NCBI GenBank assembly: GCA_017609985.1
Contig: JAFCCW010000007.1
Coordinates: forward strand, 1 to 34,413
DNA from: Candidatus Iainarchaeum sp.
GTDB taxonomy: Archaea > Iainarchaeota > Iainarchaeia > Iainarchaeales > JAFCCW01
DNA length: 34,413 bases
Direction: 5' to 3'
In this document: in pieces, positions 1 through 8,032 of the stretch
Layout of the letters: every line of letters starts with the position of its first letter
Position numbering within the stretch: position 1 is the first letter of the stretch
Translations under genes and position numbers: made by a program
Notes under the pieces: model-generated
Databases searched by the model: none
Told to the model about the DNA's origin: nothing
What the model saw: only the letters and a program-made list of their open reading frames with translations

Positions 1-7
1 TGTTGTC

Positions 8-1000
8 GTGTTTTCTTTGGTTGTTGGTGCTCTTGCCGGAAGCAACTTGTTTCCGAACACAACAGGATTTGTTTCGCTTACTGATGCAGGAAGCGGGTCG
101 TGCGATGTTGGTGTTGGCACAATAACACAAGATCAAGCTGGGAATAAAACAATTTCTTACTTGAACGATAATTTTTTTGCAGCGCAAGGTGCTGTTGCAG
201 AACTTGCATCTATCGAAGAGGAAGCAGGCATGTACAAAGTAACATTTAATATATTGCAGGATGGAAATTTAGTCCAGGAAGGGCAGGTGTATACTGCGAA
301 GGATGGTAGTGTTGCAGTTGCAGGAACTGTTTTTGACCTTGACACTCCTATTGAACAGCCTGAACCAAAGCAGCCTCAGGAACTTCAGCAGTCTGAAGTG
401 CCTGAAGTTTTAATGTTTGTCATGAGTTTTTGTCCTTATGGGCAGCAGGCTATGGCTGGGCTTGGTCCCGCAGAAAAGCAGTTGAGTGCATCAATTGATT
501 TTGAGCCTCACTATATTTTCTACTCCGACTATGCAACTGGTGCTGGTGCTTCGTGGGAACAGTACTGCTTTGACGAAGAGCAAAAATACTGTTCAATGCA
601 CGGAGCAGGCGAACTAAAAGAGGATGTAAGGCAGCTTCTTGTCTGGAAGTATTTCCCTGAAAAATACTGGGATTATATAAATGCTATAAGCAGTAGCTGT
701 ACTTACTCTGATGTTGACACTTGCTGGAAAGATGTAGCTGAAGCAAATAATATCGATTCAGTGGCAATTGAAGAAGCATTTGTCAATGAAGCAGAAGCAG
801 TCCTTGCAGCAGAGGTTGCTTTATCAGACCTGTATGGTGTTTCAGGTTCTCCAACAGTGTTAATCAACGGCACAGCATATTCTGGAGCAAGAACTCCTGA
901 AGCATACAAGTCAGGAATCTGTTCAGCATTCACTGAAATGCCGCCAGAGTGCTCTGCAGAGCTTAGCTCTGAGGGCGCAGCAGCAGAAGGACAGTGTTAG
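8..1000 (+). CDS. Exported thioredoxin-fold (DsbA/GILT-like) protein, probably 5'-truncated by the window edge
   Basis: Hydrophobic N-terminus; FVMSFCPYG active-site-like motif; CSMHG..E segment; C-terminal GVSGSPTVLING cis-Pro loop typical of DsbA-like folds. Confidence 0.7.
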   Translation: MFSLVVGALAGSNLFPNTTGFVSLTDAGSGSCDVGVGTITQDQAGNKTISYLNDNFFAAQGAVAELASIEEEAGMYKVTFNILQDGNLVQEGQVYTAKDGSVAVAGTVFDLDTPIEQPEPKQPQELQQSEVPEVLMFVMSFCPYGQQAMAGLGPAEKQLSASIDFEPHYIFYSDYATGAGASWEQYCFDEEQKYCSMHGAGELKEDVRQLLVWKYFPEKYWDYINAISSSCTYSDVDTCWKDVAEANNIDSVAIEEAFVNEAEAVLAAEVALSDLYGVSGSPTVLINGTAYSGARTPEAYKSGICSAFTEMPPECSAELSSEGAAAEGQC

Positions 1001-1070
1001 TAACACTCTCCTTTTTTTCTTTTTATTTTTCTTTTTTTTAACCTTCCTTACACAACAACCTTAAAAACAC

Positions 1071-1102
1071 TTGCACACTCATACAATTGTATGTCGGTGC
1101 AA
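1071..1102. promoter_or_regulatory. Inverted-repeat operator, probable ArsR autoregulatory site
   Basis: TTGCAC-act-CATACAATTGTATG-tcg-GTGCAA: a perfect 14-bp palindromic core with 6-bp palindromic flanks. It lies just downstream of TATA-like CTTAAAAA and overlaps the arsR start. Confidence 0.65.
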
Positions 1103-1366
1103 TTGAATTCACTTGTTTCTGCATTGGATTCTGAAACCCGTTTGAAGATGCTTGAATGCCTTTTGAGAGGCAAATATGGTTGTTCTGCTTTGGCTGAGTG
1201 TGTTGAAAAAGACCCTTCTACGATAAGCAGGCACTTGGACAAGCTTGAGAAAGCAGGCCTGATTGAATTAAAGAGGCATGGAAAGCAGGTTCACTGCACA
1301 ATTAAGAATAAAAAAAAGCTTAGGCAATTGTTTAAGTTGCTTAAAGAATTTGAAAAAAGGAGTTGA
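1091..1366 (+). CDS. ArsR/SmtB family transcriptional regulator
   Basis: ALDSETRLKML...DPSTISRHLDKLEKAGLI...GKQV winged-helix signature. Confidence 0.88.
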   Translation: MSVQLNSLVSALDSETRLKMLECLLRGKYGCSALAECVEKDPSTISRHLDKLEKAGLIELKRHGKQVHCTIKNKKKLRQLFKLLKEFEKRS

Positions 1367-1372
1367 TTGAAT

Positions 1373-1606
1373 ATGGCTAAAGTAATTGTGTATAGCACAA
1401 CAACCTGTCCTTTTTGTGACATGGTTAAACAGTTTTTGGACGAAAAAGGAGTTGAATATCAGCACTTTGATGTTGGGGAAGACCATGACAAGGCTATTGA
1501 AATGGTTTCAAAGAGCGGTCAGAATGGCGTGCCTGTTGTTGACATTGACGGCAAGATAATCATTGGCTTTAACAAGCCAGCAATTGAGGAGGCTCTTTCC
1601 GAATGA
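1373..1606 (+). CDS. Glutaredoxin-like protein (NrdH/YruB type)
   Basis: YSTTTCPFC motif, GQNGVPVVDI, IIGFN; SD-like AGGAG upstream of ATG 1373. Confidence 0.92.
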   Translation: MAKVIVYSTTTCPFCDMVKQFLDEKGVEYQHFDVGEDHDKAIEMVSKSGQNGVPVVDIDGKIIIGFNKPAIEEALSE

Positions 1607-1872
1607 GGTCGAAAGAGGAAATGATTGCTGGTCTTAAAAAATATGCTGAGGCAAAAAATCTTGCTTTTAATCCGGACAAGGAACAGCTGGAAGCAGTGTT
1701 TGACAAGATTTACAAGAATCTTACAGAACACGACTATCAGTACTGTCCTTGCAGGGCAAGAACAGGCAATCTTCAAGAGGATGCAAAAAGCATTTGCCCC
1801 TGCATCTATCACCTTGACGAAGTTGAACAGCAAGGCAACTGTTTGTGCAGGCTTTACTTTAAAAAAGAGTAG
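1603..1872 (+). CDS. Ferredoxin:thioredoxin reductase catalytic subunit-like protein
   Basis: YCPCR...ICPC..H...G.CLCRLYF (CPC/CPC/CxC) signature; ATGA overlap with the glutaredoxin gene. Confidence 0.9.
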   Translation: MRSKEEMIAGLKKYAEAKNLAFNPDKEQLEAVFDKIYKNLTEHDYQYCPCRARTGNLQEDAKSICPCIYHLDEVEQQGNCLCRLYFKKE

Positions 1873-1948
1873 AGCCGGGCATAGCTTTTTTAACTTGTTA
1901 GAGCTTTTTTATATCATCTAGCTGTTTTACAGTCAGGGAGGTTTTTGA

Positions 1949-2632
1949 ATGAATTTTTCAGCAAAGAAAGTTTTTTTCTTATTAGCTTTTTCTGCACTAG
2001 TGCTTTTGGGGAGTCAGATAAATTTTTCCTCGTTGCTTGGTGTTGAAAATCAGTCTTTCACCCTGTTTCAGATGGTGGGGCCAATAGCAGGAGTTTTTCT
2101 TGGCCCAATTTTTGGAGCAGGCGCAGTTCTTCTCGCAGAAGCAGTTAACTTTGTTTATGCGGGCAAGGCAATAGATTTGATTAACATTTTCAGGCTTACG
2201 CCAATGCTTTTCGCAGCATATTACTTTGGAAGGCATGGCAAAGCAAAGTTAAAGGATTTGAGTACTGCAGTCCCAATAATTTGCATGGCTTTGTTTATGC
2301 TTCATCCAGTTGGGGCACAGGCGTGGTTTTACTCTCTTTACTGGGTAATTCCTGTCGCAGCAAAGTTTTTGCCTAACAGACTTTTTCCAAAGAGTCTTGG
2401 GGCAACATTTACTGCTCATGCAATCGGAAGCACTTTGTTCCTTTACACAATTCCAACAGCTCCAGAGCTATGGGTTGCTTTGATTCCGGTTGTTGCAATT
2501 GAGAGAACAATGTTTGCTCTTGGAATCTCGGCAAGTTACATTGTTGTTAACACAGCATTGGACAGGCTTGCTTCAAGGATTCCAGCAGGCATTCTCGACG
2601 TTGACAAGAGATATGTCTTTGGGAAGGTTTAA
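1949..2632 (+). CDS. Polytopic membrane protein, possibly ECF S-component-like
   Basis: About 6-7 hydrophobic segments; GPIAGVFLGPIFGA pattern; GGAGGT SD. Confidence 0.6.
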   Translation: MNFSAKKVFFLLAFSALVLLGSQINFSSLLGVENQSFTLFQMVGPIAGVFLGPIFGAGAVLLAEAVNFVYAGKAIDLINIFRLTPMLFAAYYFGRHGKAKLKDLSTAVPIICMALFMLHPVGAQAWFYSLYWVIPVAAKFLPNRLFPKSLGATFTAHAIGSTLFLYTIPTAPELWVALIPVVAIERTMFALGISASYIVVNTALDRLASRIPAGILDVDKRYVFGKV

Positions 2633-2677
2633 TCCCTTCCCCCAATTCATTTATTTTAAAAAAAAGGAGTTGATACA

Positions 2678-2863
2678 ATGGCAGAAAAACCATATGTTGA
2701 CAAAGAAAAATGTGTTGGATGCGGAACCTGTGTAAGCGTTTGCCCGGTCGGAGTTTTTGAAATAAAGGACGGCAAGTCAGTTGTTGTTAATCCTGATGCG
2801 TGCATTCAGTGCAGAGCTTGTGAAGCATCTTGTCCACAAAAAGCAATTGAAGTGAAGGAATAG
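2678..2863 (+). CDS. 2x[4Fe-4S] ferredoxin
   Basis: CVGCGTCVSVCP and CIQCRACEASCP motifs. Confidence 0.95.
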   Translation: MAEKPYVDKEKCVGCGTCVSVCPVGVFEIKDGKSVVVNPDACIQCRACEASCPQKAIEVKE

Positions 2864-2872
2864 GTGTTTTTA

Positions 2873-3082
2873 TTGAAAATATCTAAAGATATGAAGATTA
2901 CAGATGTTGTTCAGGGCCATCCTGAAACAATTCCTGTTTTTCTTGAACACGGTCTTCACTGTGTTGGCTGTGCTGCAGCGCGCTTTGAAAGTATTGAAGA
3001 AGGTGCTGAAGTGCATGGAATTGATGCTGGTGCATTAATCGCTGATTTGAATAGTGCAATTGAAAAAGAAAAAAAGGATTGA
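2873..3082 (+). CDS. DUF1858 domain protein (hybrid-cluster-associated redox disulfide domain)
   Basis: ISKDMKITDVV..HPE...VFLEHGLHCVGC....FESIEEGAEVHGID; start TTG 2873 or GTG 2864. Confidence 0.88.
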   Translation: MKISKDMKITDVVQGHPETIPVFLEHGLHCVGCAAARFESIEEGAEVHGIDAGALIADLNSAIEKEKKD

Positions 3083-3130
3083 CTGGCTTTTCAGCCAGCC
3101 TTTTTATTTATTTTTTTTATTTTCTATTTT
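3083..3130. terminator. Hairpin plus T-tract between convergent genes
   Basis: CTGGCT-tttc-AGCCAG stem followed by T-rich runs. Confidence 0.5.
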
Positions 3131-3141
3131 TATTCGTTCAC

Positions 3142-3717
3142 TTATTTTTTCTCAACTGTTTGAACAGGCCAAGTTGGAAGAATTGTTTTTCCAAGTGACT
3201 CGTTCAATACCTGTGCCATTGCAAGATATATTGCTGAGAGGCCGCAGATTATTCCTTCGTAGCCAGCTATCTGTTTTATCAGTGCTGAACCTGTAAAGTC
3301 TCCTATTGCCAGAAGCCAGAACAGTATTACGAGTGAACCGAATACAAATTGCAGTGCTCTGTTTGCTTTCAATGTTCCAAAGAACATGAATGCAGTGAAC
3401 AAACCCCACACGAAAAGATATGCTGCCATTGCTGTGCTGCCAGCTGCAGTTCCCATTCCTTTTAGTGGCATTACGATAAGTCCAACAAGGCTTAACCAGA
3501 ACAAGCCGTATGATGTAAAGGCTGTTGTTCCAAAAGTGTTTCCTTTTTTGAACTCCATTATTCCTGCAATTACTTGTGCTATTCCTCCGTAGAAGATTCC
3601 CATTGCGAGAATCATTGTTCCTAGTGCAAAGAATCCTGCGTTGTGCAGATTCAATAACACTGTTGTCATTCCAAAGCCCATTAATCCAAGAGGGGCTGGG
3701 TTTGCTAGATTGTCCAT
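3142..3717 (-). CDS. satP: Acetate/succinate channel, GPR1/FUN34/YaaH (SatP) family
   Basis: [22 protein letters not shown]...[17 protein letters not shown] signature; AAAGGAGG SD before ATG 3717. Confidence 0.93.
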   Translation of the reverse strand: MDNLANPAPLGLMGFGMTTVLLNLHNAGFFALGTMILAMGIFYGGIAQVIAGIMEFKKGNTFGTTAFTSYGLFWLSLVGLIVMPLKGMGTAAGSTAMAAYLFVWGLFTAFMFFGTLKANRALQFVFGSLVILFWLLAIGDFTGSALIKQIAGYEGIICGLSAIYLAMAQVLNESLGKTILPTWPVQTVEKK

Positions 3718-3835
3718 AATTCTACCTCCTTTGGTAGTTTTTCTTTTATAAAATCTGGAAAACAATCCTTTTATGGCTTTTCATGCTTTTTGTTTAAAAG
3801 CTTTATTGGAGTTAATTTGAGTATAAAGTGATTTG

Positions 3836-5110
3836 ATGGCAAAATATAGTTTGAATGTACTGGGCGGAGGCCAGGAAGTTGGCCGTTCTTCTTTCCTGCT
3901 TGATGTTGGAGAAAAGATTCTTTTAGAGCGTGGAGTAAAATTGAATGCTGACGAAATACAGTATCCTGCTCCAGTCACAACAAATCTTGATGCTGCAATT
4001 ATTTCTCATGCTCATCTTGATCACTCTGGTTATCTTCCAAAACTTTTCGTGGACAGCCATTCAATGTGTTATATGACTCCTCCCACTCTTGAAATTTCCA
4101 AAATGCTCTGGTTTGATTCTTTGAAAATTGCAGGTTATGAGGGTGTGGCTCCCCAGTTTTCTGAGGATGAAATAGTTGAAACAGAAAAATATACTTTTCC
4201 AATTTCTTACAGGCGACCTGTAAATATTTCAAAAAACTGTTCTCTTGAACTCTTTGATGCTGGTCATATTTCTGGCTCTTCAATGCCGTTGATTTCTTTC
4301 AAGAACAAGCGTTTCCTTTTCACTGGAGACTTTAATCCTGCTGAAACAAGGCTTTATTCTGGTGCTGATTTGAGGGCTGGGAAGGTTGACTATGTTATGA
4401 TGGAGAGCACTTATGGTGACAGGAATCATCCAAGCAGAGCTGAAACAGAAAAAAGGCTTTGTGAAAGTGTTCAGGAAACAGTTGACAACGGAGGGCATGC
4501 TCTTATTGCTGCTTTTGCTGTTGCTCGTTCTCAGGAAATAATAGATGTACTTCACGAGTACAACATTGATGTGCCTGTTTATCTTGACGGAATGTCTCAA
4601 AAGGCTTCAAGAATTTTCCTTGACTATCCTGAGTATTTGAAGGACCCAAAGTTTCTCAAAAAAGCTCTTGACAAAACAATCTGGGTAAGGCGGGACAAGC
4701 ACAGAAAAGAGGCATTAAAGCAACCTTCTGTAATCGTGACCACCAGCGGAATGCTTTCAGGCGGTCCAATACAGCACTATGTTAAAACAGTTCACAAGGA
4801 AGAGAACAGCAAGATAATTTTAACAGGTTATCAGGTGGAGGGAACACCGGGAAGAAAGCTTATGGATGAAGGAATTCTTGAAACAGAGGCTGATACTTTC
4901 AAGCCGGTTTGTGGTGTTGAAAAATATGACTTTTCTGCTCATGCTTCTCAGTCTGAACTGCTTCGAGCTCTTAACAAATGGTCTCCTGAAAAAGTTATTC
5001 TTGTTCACGGTGACTTGGAAGTTACTGAAGTATTGAAAGCAAAGATTGAGAAAGACCTAGGCATTGATACTGTTAATCCTGCAAACGGGGACACAGTTAA
5101 ACTTGATTAA
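3836..5110 (+). CDS. MBL-fold beta-CASP ribonuclease (CPSF-like, no KH domains)
   Basis: GGGQEVGRS, SHAHLDHSG, AGHISG, ESTYG, TSGMLSGGP, GYQVEGTPG, FSAHA, VHGD. Confidence 0.92.
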   Translation: MAKYSLNVLGGGQEVGRSSFLLDVGEKILLERGVKLNADEIQYPAPVTTNLDAAIISHAHLDHSGYLPKLFVDSHSMCYMTPPTLEISKMLWFDSLKIAGYEGVAPQFSEDEIVETEKYTFPISYRRPVNISKNCSLELFDAGHISGSSMPLISFKNKRFLFTGDFNPAETRLYSGADLRAGKVDYVMMESTYGDRNHPSRAETEKRLCESVQETVDNGGHALIAAFAVARSQEIIDVLHEYNIDVPVYLDGMSQKASRIFLDYPEYLKDPKFLKKALDKTIWVRRDKHRKEALKQPSVIVTTSGMLSGGPIQHYVKTVHKEENSKIILTGYQVEGTPGRKLMDEGILETEADTFKPVCGVEKYDFSAHASQSELLRALNKWSPEKVILVHGDLEVTEVLKAKIEKDLGIDTVNPANGDTVKLD

Positions 5111-5130
5111 ATTGGCTAAACTTGATTAAA

Positions 5131-5826
5131 ATGTCTAAGCTTGAAAGATTTTGCCCTTCTTGTGGTTCGACTAAAGGACCTTTTGTGAAAGGTTTTTGTA
5201 TCAACTGCTTTGAGCGCAAAAAAGAACTAGTGTCTATTCCAGCTGAACTTAAAATAGACTTTTGCAGAAACTGTGCAATGATTCGACTTCATGGAAAATG
5301 GGTTAATCAGGATGAGTCATTGCTCAAAAAATCTGTGGAGTCTTTTGTTAAAATAAGCCCTTGTTTTGAAAAGTCAGTCATTACTGTGGAACTTGAGCCG
5401 GAGGACCAAGACCAGACTATAGCTCATGTTACTGTAAACGGTCTTGTTGACGGTCAAATGATTGTCGAGAAAAGAGATGTCCTTCTAAAGCCAAACTATT
5501 CTAGCTGTGAACGTTGTTCTAAAATTTCAGGACACTATCATGAAGCAATTATTCAGGGAAGGGGAAACCCGCCTTCTTCTGCAATTGAAGAGTTCAGAAA
5601 CTTTTTTGAACGCTATCTTGAAAAAGATTCTTTTTCAGTGATTGTTGGAATTGAAGAAAAAAAACAAGGCTTTGATTTGCTTGTTGGTTCAAAGCGGGCG
5701 GCAAAGCATGCAGTAGAATTTGTTTCTTCAAGATATGGTGCTGAAGTTAAGACTTCGAGCAAGCTTATTGGTGAAGACAAGTCAGGCAAAAAAAAATACA
5801 GGTTTACTTTTTCTGTCAGATTTTAG
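5131..5826 (+). CDS. nmd3: NMD3 family ribosome biogenesis protein
   Basis: Four CxxC pairs, GHYHEAIIQ.R, KLIGED..GKKKYRFTFSVR. Confidence 0.85.
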   Translation: MSKLERFCPSCGSTKGPFVKGFCINCFERKKELVSIPAELKIDFCRNCAMIRLHGKWVNQDESLLKKSVESFVKISPCFEKSVITVELEPEDQDQTIAHVTVNGLVDGQMIVEKRDVLLKPNYSSCERCSKISGHYHEAIIQGRGNPPSSAIEEFRNFFERYLEKDSFSVIVGIEEKKQGFDLLVGSKRAAKHAVEFVSSRYGAEVKTSSKLIGEDKSGKKKYRFTFSVRF

Positions 5827-6533
5827 CCTTCAAATTCGCTAAATTCTTTGAGAATTTCTTCGACTGGTTTTTTTGTTACAATAAGTGGAATCTTTTCGCT
5901 TTCAGCAATTTTTATCGCAATTTTGTCAACATTCTCTGGTTTGAGGTCTCCGTGCAAAACAACTATTGCTGGTTTCATGTCTGTACTGAATCTTCCTATC
6001 TTAACTGCAATCATTGGTGATCTGCCGTTTTCAACTTGTCTAAAAACAAGTGCTCGTTCAGGTGTTTTTCCATACAATTGCATGTACTCGTGAATTGGAA
6101 CTTCAAGAATTACTTTTAATGAATCAATTACTGTGTAGCCATAAACCTTGCTTTCCTTTAGTCTTGCCTGGTTTGCAACACATTCTCCGCCAACTTTTTT
6201 TACAAAGTTTTTTCCGCTTATTGCAGTAAAAAATTCATGAGTATCAAATGTGTCTTCATCTGGTTTGAAATCTTTTTCAAGTTGTTTAACAACTTTTCCG
6301 CCCCTGCCTTTGTCAATTTCAATAAGTGCTTCAACAAGTCTTGCAACTATTCCAATGCCCGGACTCTTTCTTCTTCCACCCTCGTAGTCTGAGATAGTGG
6401 AACTGCTTACTTGAAGAAATTCTGCAAGCTCGCTTTGATTAACTCCGAAGATTTCTCTCCATTTTTTCATTGACCCGCCGGGATCCTTGCTGAGGGTAAT
6501 CTCTCCTGCGACAGTCACTGGAAGTTTTTCCAT
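5823..6533 (-). CDS. Archaeal XRE-HTH transcriptional regulator (COG1709-like)
   Basis: AGEITLS..PG..MKKWREIF...QSELA...SSTISDYEGGRRKSPG; YGYTVIDS; ERALVF..V..GRSPMIAVK. Confidence 0.88.
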   Translation of the reverse strand: MEKLPVTVAGEITLSKDPGGSMKKWREIFGVNQSELAEFLQVSSSTISDYEGGRRKSPGIGIVARLVEALIEIDKGRGGKVVKQLEKDFKPDEDTFDTHEFFTAISGKNFVKKVGGECVANQARLKESKVYGYTVIDSLKVILEVPIHEYMQLYGKTPERALVFRQVENGRSPMIAVKIGRFSTDMKPAIVVLHGDLKPENVDKIAIKIAESEKIPLIVTKKPVEEILKEFSEFEG

Positions 6534-6680
6534 TGATTATCTATGTTTAAACTGATTTAAATAGTTTTCGTTGATTGTCATTTAAATTCAGCAAAACTTA
6601 ACCTTTCAACGAATTCGGTGTTTTTCTTTTTTTGATTTTTCTTTCTTCATTTTTTTATTATTTTTATTTTTCATTTTCTT

Positions 6681-7364
6681 TTACTTTTTTCCTTTTATTT
6701 CTTCTTCCATTCTTTGAATAAACTGTTTGTAAAACTCACTTCTTTCTTTTGCTAATTCCTTTGTTTTTTGAAAATGCATTTTTGATGAAAGCTTGCCAAG
6801 CTTTGTTTCAAACTCTATCTGCATTGAATGCTTTTTCTTGTCCTGAATTCTGCTGTTTGTTTTTCCGCACAGGTTTTCTTTAGCATATTCTTCTGTGCTT
6901 CTTTCTTCAATCTTTATTGGATTTGCATTGTTCTCCGCATACCACATTATTCCTCTTGCAACACCAACTGCACCTATTGCATCTAGTTTGTCTGCATCAA
7001 AAAGAATTTTTGCTTCAGTGCTCTCTGCTTTCCTGTCTGCTCTGAATCTGTGTGTCTTGATGCATTCTTGAACATGATTTATTTTTTCTTCGGGAAATCC
7101 TGCGTTTCTTAGAATCTTCTCTGCTCTTTCTGCTCCAATCAAGGCATGGTCTGTTTCACTGCTTGAATCTTCGTCTTCTTCTTGTCTTGCTACGTCATGA
7201 AGCCATGCTGCTGCTTTCAGCACATCAAGGTCTATTTCTTCTTCAAGCTCTTCTGCGACGTGAATGCAGGTATTGTAGACACGTTCCACGTGTTCGAAGT
7301 TGTGGCTTTCTCGCAAAATACTTCTCTCTGCTTCTTTTCTGATTTCTTCAAATACTTTTTCCAT
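6681..7364 (-). CDS. HD-domain metal-dependent phosphohydrolase
   Basis: HNFEHVERV, WLHDVAR, DHA, THRF, DADKLDAIGAVG. Confidence 0.92.
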   Translation of the reverse strand: MEKVFEEIRKEAERSILRESHNFEHVERVYNTCIHVAEELEEEIDLDVLKAAAWLHDVARQEEDEDSSSETDHALIGAERAEKILRNAGFPEEKINHVQECIKTHRFRADRKAESTEAKILFDADKLDAIGAVGVARGIMWYAENNANPIKIEERSTEEYAKENLCGKTNSRIQDKKKHSMQIEFETKLGKLSSKMHFQKTKELAKERSEFYKQFIQRMEEEIKGKK

Positions 7365-7415
7365 GAAAATCTATGAATTGAATCTTCCTTTAAACATTTT
7401 CTTTCAAATTCTTTT

Positions 7416-7790
7416 ATGGTTCCTGAAGAAGAATTTCATAAGTCTAGAAGAATGTTTGTGTTTCACACAGGCCGTGTCTTTGTAGCTGAAAAAAAGTCTC
7501 CTCTTTCTCACAAAGAATGGTTTGAATCTCTTGAATGGGATTCTGAAAAAGTTATTGAAAACAATGTTCGCGGTTTTGTTTCCTGGAAGGGAGATGTCTA
7601 TTTCTACAAGGGAACTGATTTTCATGTTGACAAGGAATCTGAGTGGGAGTTCTTTGAATTTCTTCCAGTGCTTGCAGAAAAAATAAATATTTCCAAGAAA
7701 GCAAGAATTTACGGCGGGTTAGAGAAAGCAAACATTGGCTGGCAGTGGAATCCGCTAAAAAAATATGGCTTGTTCGGGGACTTTGTCTAA
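7416..7790 (+). CDS. Hypothetical protein
   Basis: 124-aa ORF filling the gap between the HD gene and the tRNA; SH.EWF...RG motif. Confidence 0.7.
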   Translation: MVPEEEFHKSRRMFVFHTGRVFVAEKKSPLSHKEWFESLEWDSEKVIENNVRGFVSWKGDVYFYKGTDFHVDKESEWEFFEFLPVLAEKINISKKARIYGGLEKANIGWQWNPLKKYGLFGDFV

Positions 7791-7802
7791 GAAAAGAAAT
7801 AA

Positions 7803-7998
7803 CGGGTCCGGGGAGATTCGAACTCCCGACCTACTGCTTGCCCCGACTAACCGGTTTTTGCCGGCTCGCTATCCCGCAAGCGGGATGCGCCCGTTCGAGT
7901 TTGCTCGAACTGGGTTTTGGAAGCGAGTCCTCCGCAGAGGGTGAGTGCTCCGAAAAAGCCGTAGGAGGCAGTTGCCCTATCCTCTAGGCTACGGACCC
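7803..7998 (-). tRNA. tRNA-Arg(CCU) with an intron at position 37/38 (exon1 7998-7962, intron 7961-7839, exon2 7838-7803)
   Basis: Acceptor GGGTCCG/CGGACCC; D-arm TAGCCTAGAGGATAGGGC; anticodon stem ACTGC/GCAGT with loop CT-CCT-A|A; T-loop GTTCGAATC; mature length 73 nt. Confidence 0.93.
7839..7961 (-). other. 123-nt archaeal tRNA intron with bulge-helix-bulge motif
   Basis: Central helix CUCC/GGGG, bulges UA|C and CA|A, outer helix GGCU/AGUC. Confidence 0.88.
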
Positions 7999-8032
7999 AT
8001 TGAAATAAAATTCCTCGACAATCAATAAAAAG

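Noticed and set aside
6071-6084. CATACAATTGCATG, a near match to the ArsR operator core
   Set aside because: It lies mid-CDS, lacks the flanking TTGCAC/GTGCAA arms and is likely chance
7745-7987. 80-aa ORF across the tRNA-Arg locus, considered as an intron-encoded protein
   Set aside because: It is antisense to the tRNA, spans the exons and has no endonuclease motif
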